Source: Octopus sinensis (Eukaryota). From it: DNA of 64,000 nucleotides. Shown here one piece after another: positions 37,700 through 50,461 of this stretch; position 1 is the stretch's first letter, and each line of letters starts with the position of its first letter. A program made the position numbers and the translations under genes. Below the pieces are notes generated by a model. It did no database searches. It saw only the letters and a program-made list of their open reading frames with translations, and was not told the DNA's origin. Location of the stretch: assembly GCF_006345805.1 (NCBI RefSeq), contig NC_043023.1, positions 19,034,001-19,098,000 of the forward strand, given 5' to 3'.

Positions 37700-38059
37700 T
37701 CTTTACTCTTTACTCTTTTACTTGTTTCAGTCATTTGACTGCGACCATGCTGGAGCATCGCCTTTAGTCGAGCAAATCGACCCCAGGACTTATTCTTTGT
37801 AAGCCCAGTACTTATTCTATCGGTCTCTTTTGCCGAACCGCTAAGTAACGGGGGCGTAAACACACCAGCATCGGTTGTCAAGCAATGCTAGGGGGACAAA
37901 CACAGACACACAAACACATACATGCATATATATATATATACATATATATGACAGGCTTCTTTCAGTTTCTGTCTACCAAATCCACTCACAAGGCTTTGGT
38001 CGGCCCGAGGCTATAGTAGAAGACACTTGCCCAAGGTGCCACGCAGTGGGACTGAACCC
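37700..38059 (-). mobile_element. SINE family A, 5'-truncated
   Basis: Reverse-complement match; starts at the B-box. Confidence 0.85.
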
Positions 38060-38140
38060 CTGGATGGAAGGAAAGACAACAGTATAAAAACCTATGCAAC
38101 AACTATAGCCACTAAAACTAACAACAGCAAGATTACTCAC

Positions 38141-38349
38141 CAATACAAAAGCATCCGTCTTGGTATACAACCGATCCAGGATGGTACCCAGTTCGGTCGG
38201 TGGAGTGTCGGGCACACGGCACCAGGAGACCTGTTCGTTGTCGTAACAGGTGTGGATCTTCTCCAGATGCTTCTTCATATTGGTGACCATCACATCGAGA
38301 GCTTGTGGCAAACTTCAGTCAGTTCCTCACTCGTGAACAGATTATAGAC
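38141..38349 (-). CDS. Candidate internal exon (VYNLFTSEELTEVCHKL / LDVMVTNMKKHLEKIHTCYDNEQVSWCRVPDTPPTELGTILDRLYTKTDAFVL), unknown protein
   Basis: Acceptor ttgtcttttcttccatccggtAG, donor GTgagt, coding-like composition; 209 nt, one base short of a phase 0-0 exon. Confidence 0.65.
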
Positions 38350-38419
38350 CTACCGGATGGAAGAAAAGACAACAGTATAAATACATACACAACAACTATA
38401 GCCCCTAAAACTAACTACT

Positions 38420-39012
38420 AGGAGTGGCTGTGTGGTAAGTAGCTTGCTTACCAACCACATGGTTCCGGGTTCAGTCTCACTGCGTAGCATCTTGCGCAAG
38501 TGCCTTCTATTATAGCCTCGGGCCAACCAAAGCCTTGTGAGTGGATTTGGTAGACGGAAACTGAAAGAAGCCCATCGTGTATGTGTGTATATATATATAT
38601 ATATATAGGCGCAGGAGTGGCTGTGTGGTAAGTAGCTTGCTAACCAACCACATGGTTCTGGGTTCAGTCCCACTGCGTGGCACCTTGGGCAAGTGTCTTC
38701 TACTATACCCTCAGGCTGACCAAAGCCTTGTGAGTGGATTTGGTAGATGGAAACTGAAAGAAGCCTGTCGTATATATATATATATATGGATGTGTGTGTA
38801 TATGTTTGCGTGTCTGTTTGTACCCCACCCCCACAACATTGCTTGACAACCGATGCTGGTGTCTTTACATCCCCGTTACTTAGTGGTTCGGCGAAAGAGA
38901 CAGATAGAATAAGTCCTAGGCTTACAAAAGAATAAGTTCTGGGGTCGATTTGCTCGACTAAAGGTGGTGCTCCAGCATGGCCACAGTCAAATGACTGAAG
39001 CAAGTAAAAGAG
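38420..39012 (+). mobile_element. SINE family A head followed by a full copy
   Basis: Two GGAGTGGCTGTGTGG starts. Confidence 0.85.
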
Positions 39013-39014
39013 TA

Positions 39015-42000
39015 TTATATAATATAGTCCTAGATAACTAGGCCTGAATAAAAGATGGGATGTTCACAACTGGAACATCTTTGATCACAGGCCAGTCTTA
39101 ATCAGGCCTGACCCAGGGACAAACAACAACTATAGCCACTAATATTAATTACTATACTGTATATTAGTTAATGTAGTCCTAGATACACAGTGTCTGAATA
39201 AAAGACAGGATGGTCATAGCTGGATTAGCTTTGATCATTGGTCTGTCTGGATCAGGACTGACTGACCTGGGGCTAAACAATAATTGTAGCCCCTAATACA
39301 AACTACTATACATTAGATAATGTAGTCCTAGATACACTAGATCTGAATAAAAGATGGGATGGTCACAGCTGGAACATCTTTGATCATATGTCTGTCTTGA
39401 TCATGACTGACCTTGGGCTGAGCAACAATAACTATAGCCACTAATACTAACTACTATACATTAGATAATGTAGTCCTAGATACACTATGCCTGAATAAAA
39501 GATGGGATGGTCATAGCTGGAACATCTTTGATCATAGGTTTGTCTTGATCATGACTGACCTTGGGCTAAACAACAATAACTATAGCCACTAATACTAACT
39601 ACAATACATTAGATAATGTAGTCCTAGATACACTATGCCTGAATAAAAGATGGGATGGTCACAGCTGGAACATCTTTGATCATATGTCTGTCTTGATCAG
39701 GACTGACCTTGGGCTAAACAACAATAACTATAGCCACTAATACTAACTACTATACATTAGATAATGTAGTCCTAGATACACTATGCCTGAATAAAAGATG
39801 GGATGGTCACAGCTGGAACATCTTTGATCATAGGTCTGTCTGATCAGGACTGACCTTGGGCTAAACAACAATAACTATAGCCACTAATACTAACTACTAT
39901 ACATTAGATAATGTAGTCCTAGATACACTAGATCTGAATAAAAGATGGGATGGTCACAGCTGGAACAACTTTGATAATAGGTCTGTCTTGATCAGGACTG
40001 ACCTTGGGCTAAACAACAATAACTATAGCCACTAAAACTAACTACTATACATTAGATAATGTAGTCCTAGATACACTAGATCTGAATAAAAGATGGGATG
40101 GTCACAGCTGGAACATCTTTGATCATAGGTCTGTCTTGATCAGGACTGACCTTGGGCTAAACAACAATAACTATAGCCACTAATACTAACTACTATACAT
40201 TAGATAATGTAGTCCTAGATACACTAGATCTGAATAAAAGATGGGATGGTCACAGCTGGAACAACTTTGATCATAGGTCTGTCTTGATCAGGACTGACCT
40301 TGGGCTAAACAACAATAACTATAGCCACTAATACTAACTACTATACATTAGATAATGTAGTCCTAGATACACTAGATCTGAATAAAAGATGGGATGGTCA
40401 CAGCTGGAACAACTTTGATCATAGGTCTGTCTTGATCAGGACTGACCTTGGGCTAAACAACAATAACTATAGCCACTAATACTAACTACTATACATTAGA
40501 TAATGTAGTCCTAGATACACTAGATCTGAATAAAAGATGGGATGGTCACAGCTGGAACAACTTTGATCACAGGTCTGTCTTGATCAGGACTGACCTTGGG
40601 CTAAACAACAATAACTATAGCCACTAATACTAACTACTATACATTAGATAATGTAGTCCTAGATACACTAGATCTGAATAAAAGATGGATGGTCATAGCT
40701 GGAACATCTTTGATCATATGTCTGTCTGATCAGGACTGACCTTGGGCTAAACAACAATAACTATAGCCACTATACTAACTACTATACATTAAATAATGTA
40801 GTCCTAGATACACTAGATCTGAATAAAAGATGGGATGGTCACAGCTAGAACATCTTTGATCATATGTCTGTCTTGATCAGGACTGACCTTGGGCTAACAA
40901 CAATAACTATAGCCACTAATACTAACTACTATACATTAGATAATGTTGTCTAGATACACGGTGCTGAATAAAAGATGGGATGGTCACAGCTGGAACATCT
41001 TTGATATGTCTGTCTTGATCAGGTGACCTTGGGCTAAACAACAATAACTATAGCACTAATACTAACTACTATACATTAGATAATGTAGTCCTAGATACAC
41101 TAGATTCTGATAAAAGATGGGATGGTCACAGCTGGAACATTTTGATCATATGTCTGTCTTGATCAGGACTGACCTTGGGCTAAACAACAATAACTATAGC
41201 CACTAATACTAACTACTATACATTAGATAATGTAGTCCTAGATACACTAGATCTGAATAAAAGATGGGATGGTCACAGCTGGACACTTGATCATATGTCG
41301 TCTTGATCAGGACTGACCTTGGGCTAAACAACAATAACTATAGCCATGATACTACTACTATACATTAAATAATGTAGTCCTAGATACACTGTGCCTGAAT
41401 AAAAGATGGGATGGTCACAGCTGGAACCTCTTTGATCATATGTCTGTCTTGATCAGGACTGACTTGGGCTAAACAACAATAACTATAGCCACTAATACTA
41501 ACTACTATACATTAGATAATGTTAGTCCTAGATACACTATGCCTGAATAAAAGATGGATGGTCACAGCTGGAACATCTTTGATCATATGTTTGTTGATCA
41601 GGACTGACCTTGGGCTAAACAACAATAACTATAGCCACTAATACTAACTACTATACATTAGATAATGTAGTCCTAGATACACTATGCCTGAATAAAAGAT
41701 GGGATGGTCACAGCTGGAACATCTTTGATCATATGTCTGTCTTGATCAGGACTGACCTTGGGCTAAACAACAATAACTATAGCCACTAATACTAACTACT
41801 ATACATTAGATAATGTAGTCCTAGATACACTAGATCTGAATAAAAGATGGGATGGTCACAGCTGGAACATCTTTGATCATATGTCTGTCTTGATCAGGAC
41901 TGACCTTGGGCTAAACAACAATAACTATAGCCACTAATACTAACTACTATACATTAGATAATGTAGTCCTAGATACACTAGATCTGAATAAAAGATGGGA

Positions 42001-45000
42001 TGGTCACAGCTGGAACATCTTTGATCATAGGTCTGTCTTGATCAGGACTGACCTTGGGCTAAACAACAATAACTATAGCCACTAATACTAACTACTATAC
42101 ATTAGATAATGTAGTCCTAGATACACTAGGTCTGGATAAAAGATGGGATGGTCACAGCTGGAACATCTTTGATCATAGGTCTGTCTTGATCAGGACTGAC
42201 CTTGGCTAAACAACAATACTATAGCCACTAATACTAACTACTATACATTAGATAATGTAGTCCTAGATACACTAGATCTGAATAAAAGATGGGATGGTCA
42301 CAGCTGGAACATCTTTGATCATAGGTCTGTCTTGATCAGGACTGACTTGGGCTAAACAACAATAACTATAGCCACTAATACTAACTACTATACATTAATA
42401 ATGTAGTCCTAGATACACTAGCTGAATAAAAGATGGGATGGTCACAGCTGGAACATCTTTGATCATATGTCTGTCTGATCAGGACTGACCTTGGGCTAAA
42501 CAACAATAACTATAGCCACTAATACTAACTACTATACATAGATAATGTAGTCCTAGATACACTAGATCTGAATAAAAGATGGGATGGTCACAGCTGGAAC
42601 AACTTGATCATAGGTCTGTCTTGATCAGGACTGACCTTGGGCTAAACAACATAACTATAGCCACTGATACTAACTACTATACATTAAATAATGTAGTCCT
42701 AGATACACTGTGCCTGAATAAAAGATGGGATGGTCACAGCTGGAACATCTTTGATCATATGTCTGTTGATCAGGACTGACCTGGGGCTAAACAACAATAA
42801 CTATAGCCACTAATACTAACTACTATACATTAGATAATGTAGTCCTAGATACACTAGATCTGAATAAAAGATGGGATGGTCACAGCTGGAACAACTTTGA
42901 TTATGTCTGTCTTGATCAGGACTGACCTGGGGCTAAACAACAATAACTATAGCCACTAATACTAACTACTATACATTAGATAATGTAGTCCTAGATACAC
43001 TGTCTGAATAAAAGATGGGATGGTCACAGCTGGAACATCTTTGATCATAGGTCTGTCTTGATCAGGACTGACCTTGGGCTAAAAACAATAACTATAGCCA
43101 CTAATACTAACTACTATACATTAGATAATGTAGTCCTAGATACACTAGATGAATAAAAGATGGGATGGTCACAGCTGGGACATCTTTGATCATAGGTCTG
43201 TCTTGATCAGGACTGACCTGGGGCTAAACAACAATAACTATAGCCACTAATACTAACTACTATACATTAGATAATGTAGTCCTAGATACACTAGATCTGA
43301 ATAAAAGATGGGATGGTCACAGCTGGAACACTCTTTGATCATATGTCTGTCTTGATCAGGACTGACCTGGGGCTAAACAACAATAACTATAGCCACTAAT
43401 ACTAACTACTATACATTAGATAATGTAGTCCTAGATACACTAGATCTGAATAAAAGATGGGATGGTCACAGCTGGAACATCTTTGATCATAGGTCTGTCT
43501 TGATCAGGACTGACCTGGGGCTAAACAACAATAACTATAGCCACTAATACTAACTACTATACATTAGATAATGTAGTCCTAGATACACTGTGCCTGAATA
43601 AAAGATGGGATGGTCACAGCTGGAACATCTTTGATCATATGTCTGTCTTGATCAGGACTGACCTGGGGCTAAACAACAATAACTATAGCCACTAATACTA
43701 ACTACTATACATTAGATAATGTAGTCCTAGATACACTAGATCTGAATAAAAGATGGGATGGTCACAGCTGGAACATCTTTGATCATATGTCTGTCTTGAT
43801 CAGGACTGACCTGGGGCTAAACAACAATAACTATAGCCACTAATACTAACTACTATACATTAGATAATGTAGTCCTAGATACACTAGATCTGAATAAAAG
43901 ATGGGATGGTCACAGCTGGAACATCTTTGATCATAGGTCTGTCTTGATCAGGACTGACCTGGGGCTAAACAACAATAACTATAGCCACTAATACTAACTA
44001 CTATACATTAGATAATGTAGTCCTAGATACACTGTGCCTGAATAAAAGATGGGATGGTCACAGCTGGAACATCTTTGATCATATGTCTGTCTTGATCAGG
44101 ACTGACCTGGGGCTAAACAACAATAACTATAGCCACTAATACTAACTACTATACATTAGATAATGTAGTCCTAGATACACTAGACCTGAATAAAAGATGG
44201 GATGGTCACAGCTGGAACATCTTTGATCATAGGTCTGTCTTGATCAGGACTGACCTAGGGCTAAAAACAATAACTATAGCCACTAATACTAACTACTATA
44301 CATTAGATAATGTAGTCCTAGATACACTATGCCTGAATAAAAGATGGGATGGTCACAGCTGGAACATCTTTGATCATATGTCTGTCTTGATCAGGACTGA
44401 CCTGGGGCTAAACAACAATAACTATAGCCACTAATACTAACTACTATACATTAGATAATGTAGTCCTAGATACACTGTGCCTGAATAAAAGATGGGATGG
44501 TCACAGCTGGAACATCTTTGATCATATGTCTGTCTTGATCAGGACTGACCTGGGGCTAAACAACAATAACTATAGCCACTGATACTAACTACTATACATA
44601 GATAATGTAGTCCTAGATACACTGTGCCTGAATAAAAGATGGGATGGTCACAGCTGGAACATCTTTGATCATATGTCTGTCTTGATCAGGACTGACCTGG
44701 GGCTAAACAACAATAACTATAGCCACTGATACTAACTACTATACATTAGATAATGTAGTCCTAGATACACTAGACCTGAATAAAAGATGGGATGGTCACA
44801 GCTGGAACATCTTTGATCATAGGTCTGTCTTGATCAGGACTGACCTTGGGCTAAACAACAATAACTATAGCCACTAATACAAACTACTATACATTAGATA
44901 ATGTAGTCCTAGATACACTGTGCCTGAATAAAAGATGGGATGGTCATAGCTGGAACATCTTTGATCATATGTCTGTCTTGATCAGGACTGACCTGGGGTT

Positions 45001-45509
45001 AAACAACAACAACTATAGCTACTAATACTAACTACTATACATTAGATAATGTAGTCCTAGATACACTATGCCTGAATAAAAGATGGGATGGTCATAGCTG
45101 GAACATCTTTGATCATATGTCTGTCTTGATCAGGACTGACCTGGGGTTAAACAACAACAACTATAGCTACTAATACTAACTACTATACATTAGATAATGT
45201 AGTCCTAGATACACTGTGCCTGAATAAAAGATGGGATGGTCACAGCTGGAACATCTTTGATCATAGGTCTGTCTTGATCAGGACTGACCTGGGGCTAAAC
45301 AACAATAACTATAGCCACTAATACTAACTACTATATATTAAATAATGTAGTCCTAGATACACTGTGCCTGAATAAAAGATGGGATGGTCAGAGCTGGAAC
45401 GTCTTTGATCATAGGTCTGTCTTGATCAGGACTGACCATGGGCTAAACAACAATAACTATAGCCACTAATACTAACTACTATACATTAGATAATGTAGTC
45501 CGAGATACA
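39015..45509. repeat. Satellite of ~44 x 148-bp units
   Basis: ATAATGTAGTCCTAG at 39613, 39761, 39908, 40056 etc.; degenerate left edge. Confidence 0.97.
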
Positions 45510-46016
45510 CTCTTTACTCTTTCTCTCTTTTACTTGTTTCAGTCATTTGATTGTGGCCATGCTGGAGCACCGTCTTTTAGTCGAGCAAATCGACCTCAGG
45601 ACTTATTCTTTGTAAGCCCAGTACTTATTCTATCGGTCTCTTTTTGCCGAACCACTAAGTAACGGGGACGTAAACATACGTTGTTGGGGGGACAAACACA
45701 CACATACATACACATATATGACAGGCTTCTTTCAGTTTCCGTCTACCAAATCCACTCACAAGGCTTTGGTCGGCCCGAGGCTATAGTAGAAGACACTTGC
45801 CCAAGGTGCTAAGCAAGCTACTTACCACACAGCCACTCCTGCACCTATATATATACATATATATATACGACGGGCTTCTTTCAGTTTCCATCTACCAAAT
45901 CCACTCACAAGGCTCTGGTCGGCCCGAGGCTATAGTAGAAGACACGCAGTGGGACTGAACCCGGAACCGTGTGGTCGGTAAGCAAATTACTTACCACACA
46001 GCCACTCCTGCGCCCA
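45510..46016 (-). mobile_element. SINE family A composite (one deleted copy plus an extra head)
   Basis: Reverse-complement matches to family A. Confidence 0.8.
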
Positions 46017-46382
46017 TGTCTGAATAAAATAAATAATACGAAATAAGGGTAATGGGCGTATGCAATATTACAGGAGGTTTTTGTCCATTCACCATCAACC
46101 GTGAAACCTCTTAATCGTTTCACAAACAGGTTTGTTTTTTTTTCTTTATGAAGTCGAGAACTTGTTCTAACGATCTCTCGAAACGTTAATGTTACGGGTG
46201 TGTAAACACGAACACCTGCTGTTAAAGCGCTGGTGAGGCTACAGACTCAGTCATGTCCTACTTAAACGTGGGAAATAATTTGCGCCAAGAAAAAGTAAAA
46301 TATATACAAAATATAAGTTACAATGATCCATTCTTGTTACTTTTTTCTTGGTTATATATATATATATATATATCATCATCAT

Positions 46383-46855
46383 CGTTTAACGTCCGCTTTC
46401 CATGCTTGCATGGGTTGGACGGTTCAACTGGGGTCTGGGGAGCCCGAAGGCTGCACCAGGCCAGTCAGATGTGGCAGTGTTTCTACAGCTGGATGCCCTT
46501 CCTAACGCCAACCACTCCGAGAGTGTAGTGGGTGATTTTATGTGCCACCGACACAGGTGCCAGACGAGGCTGGCGAACGGCCACGCTCGGATGGTGTTTT
46601 TTATGTGCCACCGACACAGGTGCCAGACGAGGCTGGCAGACGGCCACGCTCGGATGGTGTTTTTTATGTGCCACCGACACAGGTGCCAGATGAGGCTGGC
46701 GAACGGCCACGATCGGATGGTGTTTGTTACGTGCCCACAGCACGGAGGCCAGTCGATGCGGTACTGGCTACGGCCACGTTCGGATGGTTTTCTTGTGTGC
46801 CACCGGCACTGGTACCACAAAAATACAAATTCCATTGATGTTCATCTATTTTGAT
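46383..46855 (+). mobile_element. SINE-like family B copy
   Basis: Near-identical to 1600-2060. Confidence 0.75.
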
Positions 46856-46858
46856 TTG

Positions 46859-46897
<39 letters not shown>

Positions 46898-47155
46898 TAG
46901 ATATCAAATGTGAGGATAAAATTCTTTTCGAAAAAAAAAAATTTTCTCGAAAACAATTTCATCAATGGCCAGCATATTAAAAAATACCTTTAACGGTTAA
47001 ATTTAAATAATTCAGAAATGAGGACAAGGGAAAAAATGGGCTGGAGTATTTCTATTTTGGATGTATTTGGGGTACTTTTAGTTGTGCCCATGACTTAGTG
47101 TTTGCTTCTTCCATGGGTATGAGTAAGTATCTCATTTATTTCTTTTGCCACATGT

Positions 47156-47207
47156 ATCACTGACGATGAGGGAGCTCTTAGTAGCTAACTCTGAAATCGG
47201 TCCGATA
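47156..47207 (+). ncRNA. Degenerate minimal type I hammerhead-like motif
   Basis: tatca CTGACGA ...stem II... GAAA tcg GTC cgata. Confidence 0.35.
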
Positions 47208-47372
47208 TGGTAATAATGGAATTTTTTAGAAATTTCTGTCGACCTTTATTCGAGTAGCGTGCGTATTATGAAAAAATTATATGGTTAATGGACAATATGT
47301 CCAATTTTTTGGCATATTTGGCATTAGAAATTTTTTCCCTTGCCCTCATGTATGTATGTATGTATGTATGTA

Positions 47373-47404
<32 letters not shown>

Positions 47405-47840
47405 TGTGTATGTATGTATGTATGTATGTATGTATGTATGTATGTATGTATGTTATCTTCAGATAAGGCCCTCATGCTTCCCGAAATCCGTCGAAACTAC
47501 ACCTGATTATATATACACTTTAGATGAGTTGTAGTGCACCTGAGCACTGTACACAATTATTATTATTATTATTATTATATTGAATTGAATAAGGGTAGAA
47601 ATTGATATTAATCAATTAAAACCAGTGGCCCAGCATATTAAAGAAATCCGAAGATTAAAATATTTTTACATACAAAATTTAAAGGACTGACCACTAAAAG
47701 TGGACGGTCAATATGCTAGATATAGACGTCAAAATCGCTCTTTTCCACGAAGAATGTGTGGAACATATTCTTCGTGGAACACATTCGATCTCTCGAAACG
47801 TTAATGTTACGGGTGCGTAAAGACGAACACTTGCTGTTAA

Positions 47841-48312
47841 CCCTTTTGATACCAACCTGGCTGAAACCACCTCTGGCTCTGTAGTACAAATGTCTTGTTT
47901 TCATAAGCTTTGAATTAAAATCTTCCACCAAACCTTAGTCACAATTTATGTTCCTAACACTAGCTTAATGATAACTAAGTTATTTTACTAAATTCTTTGT
48001 TATATTTAGAATTAATTGAAAGAAACACACAACATCTCAACAGAAAGATGGTAACAAAAGGGTTAAAATATATAATAGAGAAACAATTCTTAACCCCTTT
48101 GATACCGACCTGGCTGAAACCACCTCTGGCTCTGTAGTACAAATGTCTTGTTTCTATAAGTTTTGAATTAAAATCTTCCACCAAACCTTAGTCACAATTT
48201 GTTCCTAACACTAGCTTAATGATAACTAAGTTATTTTACTAAATTTTTTGTTATATTTAAAGTAATTGAAAGAAACACAGAGCATCTCAACAGAAATACA
48301 GTAACGAAAGGG
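47841..48312. mobile_element. Two tandem ~220-bp piggyBac-like MITEs
   Basis: TTAA|CCCTTTTGATACC...GGTAACAAAAGGG|TTAA (47841-48062); second copy 48094-48312; further copies 49870-50242. Confidence 0.8.
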
Positions 48313-48763
48313 AGCGGTGCTGAGGGACAGACACAGTCGTGTCCTACATTAACGTGGGAAATAATTTACGCTGATAAAAAGAAAATTATATACAAAATAT
48401 AGGTTACAATAGACCGCACCCACTTCGGGATTTTTTCTTTTTTTTTACAGGAATCCACAGATTCCGAATCTGCATTTAAAGATTTTTAATCTCCCGCTTA
48501 CGAATTACCAAAGAAGAAAAAATTTCAAAATTTAAATCCGTCCCAACAGGAAATCTGACAAGCTAGAAACAACAGCCAAATCGAAGATTAACTTTCTAAA
48601 CACGAATTACCAAAAGAGATGAAATTGTTTTAATGTCATTTTGTGGCGATCCTTCGGTATAGGTACCGTAAGTGGCTTTGTTTACATTTCTGAAGATAAC
48701 AGAAACCCTGGTGTGTGTGTGTGTGTGTGTGTGCGCAAAAACAAAAATCTAATTTTTACATAC

Positions 48764-48869
48764 CTCTCTTTCAAAAGACCCCGACCACAACATGGGTACT
48801 ATTTAGGAGTGGTCCCGGTGCGCGCACCCGCGCTAGCTAGTCGTGACTAGTAGATCCTACAACGACTAC
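48764..48869 (-). CDS. Candidate 5' exon with start codon (MLWSGSFERE) of the - strand gene
   Basis: Acceptor ttttatttattttgctAG, donor GTatgt, CpG-rich; ATG at 48793 gives a phase-0 join to 38349. Confidence 0.35.
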
Positions 48870-48976
48870 CTAGCAAAATAAATAAAACACAAAATAGATA
48901 ATTTTTTTTATTTACAACGGATATTGTTCCTTAACAAATACGCTAAAAGACGAAAATACCATACAGACATATAAGG

Positions 48977-49365
48977 TGCAGGAGTGGCTGTGTAGTTAGT
49001 AGCTTGTTTACCAACCACATGGTTCCGGGTTCAGTCCCACTGCATGGCACCTTGGGCAAGTGTCTTCTACTATAGCCTCGGGCCGACCAAAGCCTTGTGA
49101 GTGGATTTGGTAGACGGAAACTGAAAGAAGCCCGTCGTATATATGTATATATATATATATGCGTGTGTGTGTTTGTGTGTCTGTGTTTGTCCCCCTATCA
49201 TTGCTTGACAACCGATGCTGGTGTGTTTATGTGCCCGTTACTTAGTGGTTGGTCAAAAGAGACCGATAGAATACTGGGCTAACAAAAGTCCCGGGGTCGA
49301 GTTGCTCGATTAAAGGCGGTGCTCCAGCATGGCCGCAGTCAGATAACTGAAACATATTAAAAGAT
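48977..49365 (+). mobile_element. SINE family A
   Basis: Full-length match. Confidence 0.85.
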
Positions 49366-49624
49366 TAATATACATACACACACTTATATACGACGGATTT
49401 TTTAAAGTTTCCGTCTACCGAAACTCCTAAGGTGCTATGCAGTGATATTGAACCCGGAACTATGTGGTTTCACACCAGACAGCCACGCCTTCACCTTCCT
49501 ATAAGTATATACACACACACATATGTACATATTGTAAAAATCCCCTTCAACGAGGAGAAAAGCAAACCTATGTGATCATCCCGATGCGAATATCAGTTGT
49601 AATATATATATATATTTATATATA

Positions 49625-49692
<68 letters not shown>

Positions 49693-50461
49693 TTATATAT
49701 ATATATTTAAACTTAAATATATATAAACTGAAATATATTTAAACTTTTCGTTCCTTTCCTCTGCCTGCGTGGATTGTTTTCAAGTATTTTGGTTTTTCTG
49801 GGAGTCCCTTTTTAAAGCAGAAGAAATAGCTAAGGTTTTGGCTGCTATTTCTATACTTCGGTATGTCACAATTTATGTTCCTAACACTAGCTCAATGATA
49901 ACTAAGTAATTTTACTAAATTCTTTGTTATATTTAGAATTAATTGAAAGAAACACAGAGCATCTCAACAGAAATATGGTAACAAAAGGGTTAAAATATAT
50001 AATAGAGAAACAATTCTTAACCCTTTTGATACCAGCCTGGCTGAAACCACCTATGGCTCTGTAGTACAAATGTCTTGTTTTCATAAGCTTTGAATAAAAA
50101 TCTTCCACGAAACCTTAGTCACAATTTATGTTCCTAACACTAGCTTAATGATAACTAAGTTATTTTACTAAATTCTTTGTGATATTTAAAATTAATTGAA
50201 AGAAACACAGAGCATCTCAACAGAAATACAGTAAGGAAAGGGAGCGGTGCTGAGAGAGAGACACAGTCGTGTCCTACTTTAACGTGGGAAATAATTTGCG
50301 CTGATAAAAAGAAAATTATATACAAAATATAGGTTACAATAGACCGCACCCACTTCGGGATTTTTTCTTGTTTTTTTACAGGAATCCACAGATTCCGAAT
50401 CTGCATTTCAAAATTTTAATTCTCCCGCTTACGAATTACCAAAGAAGAAAAAATTTCAAAA

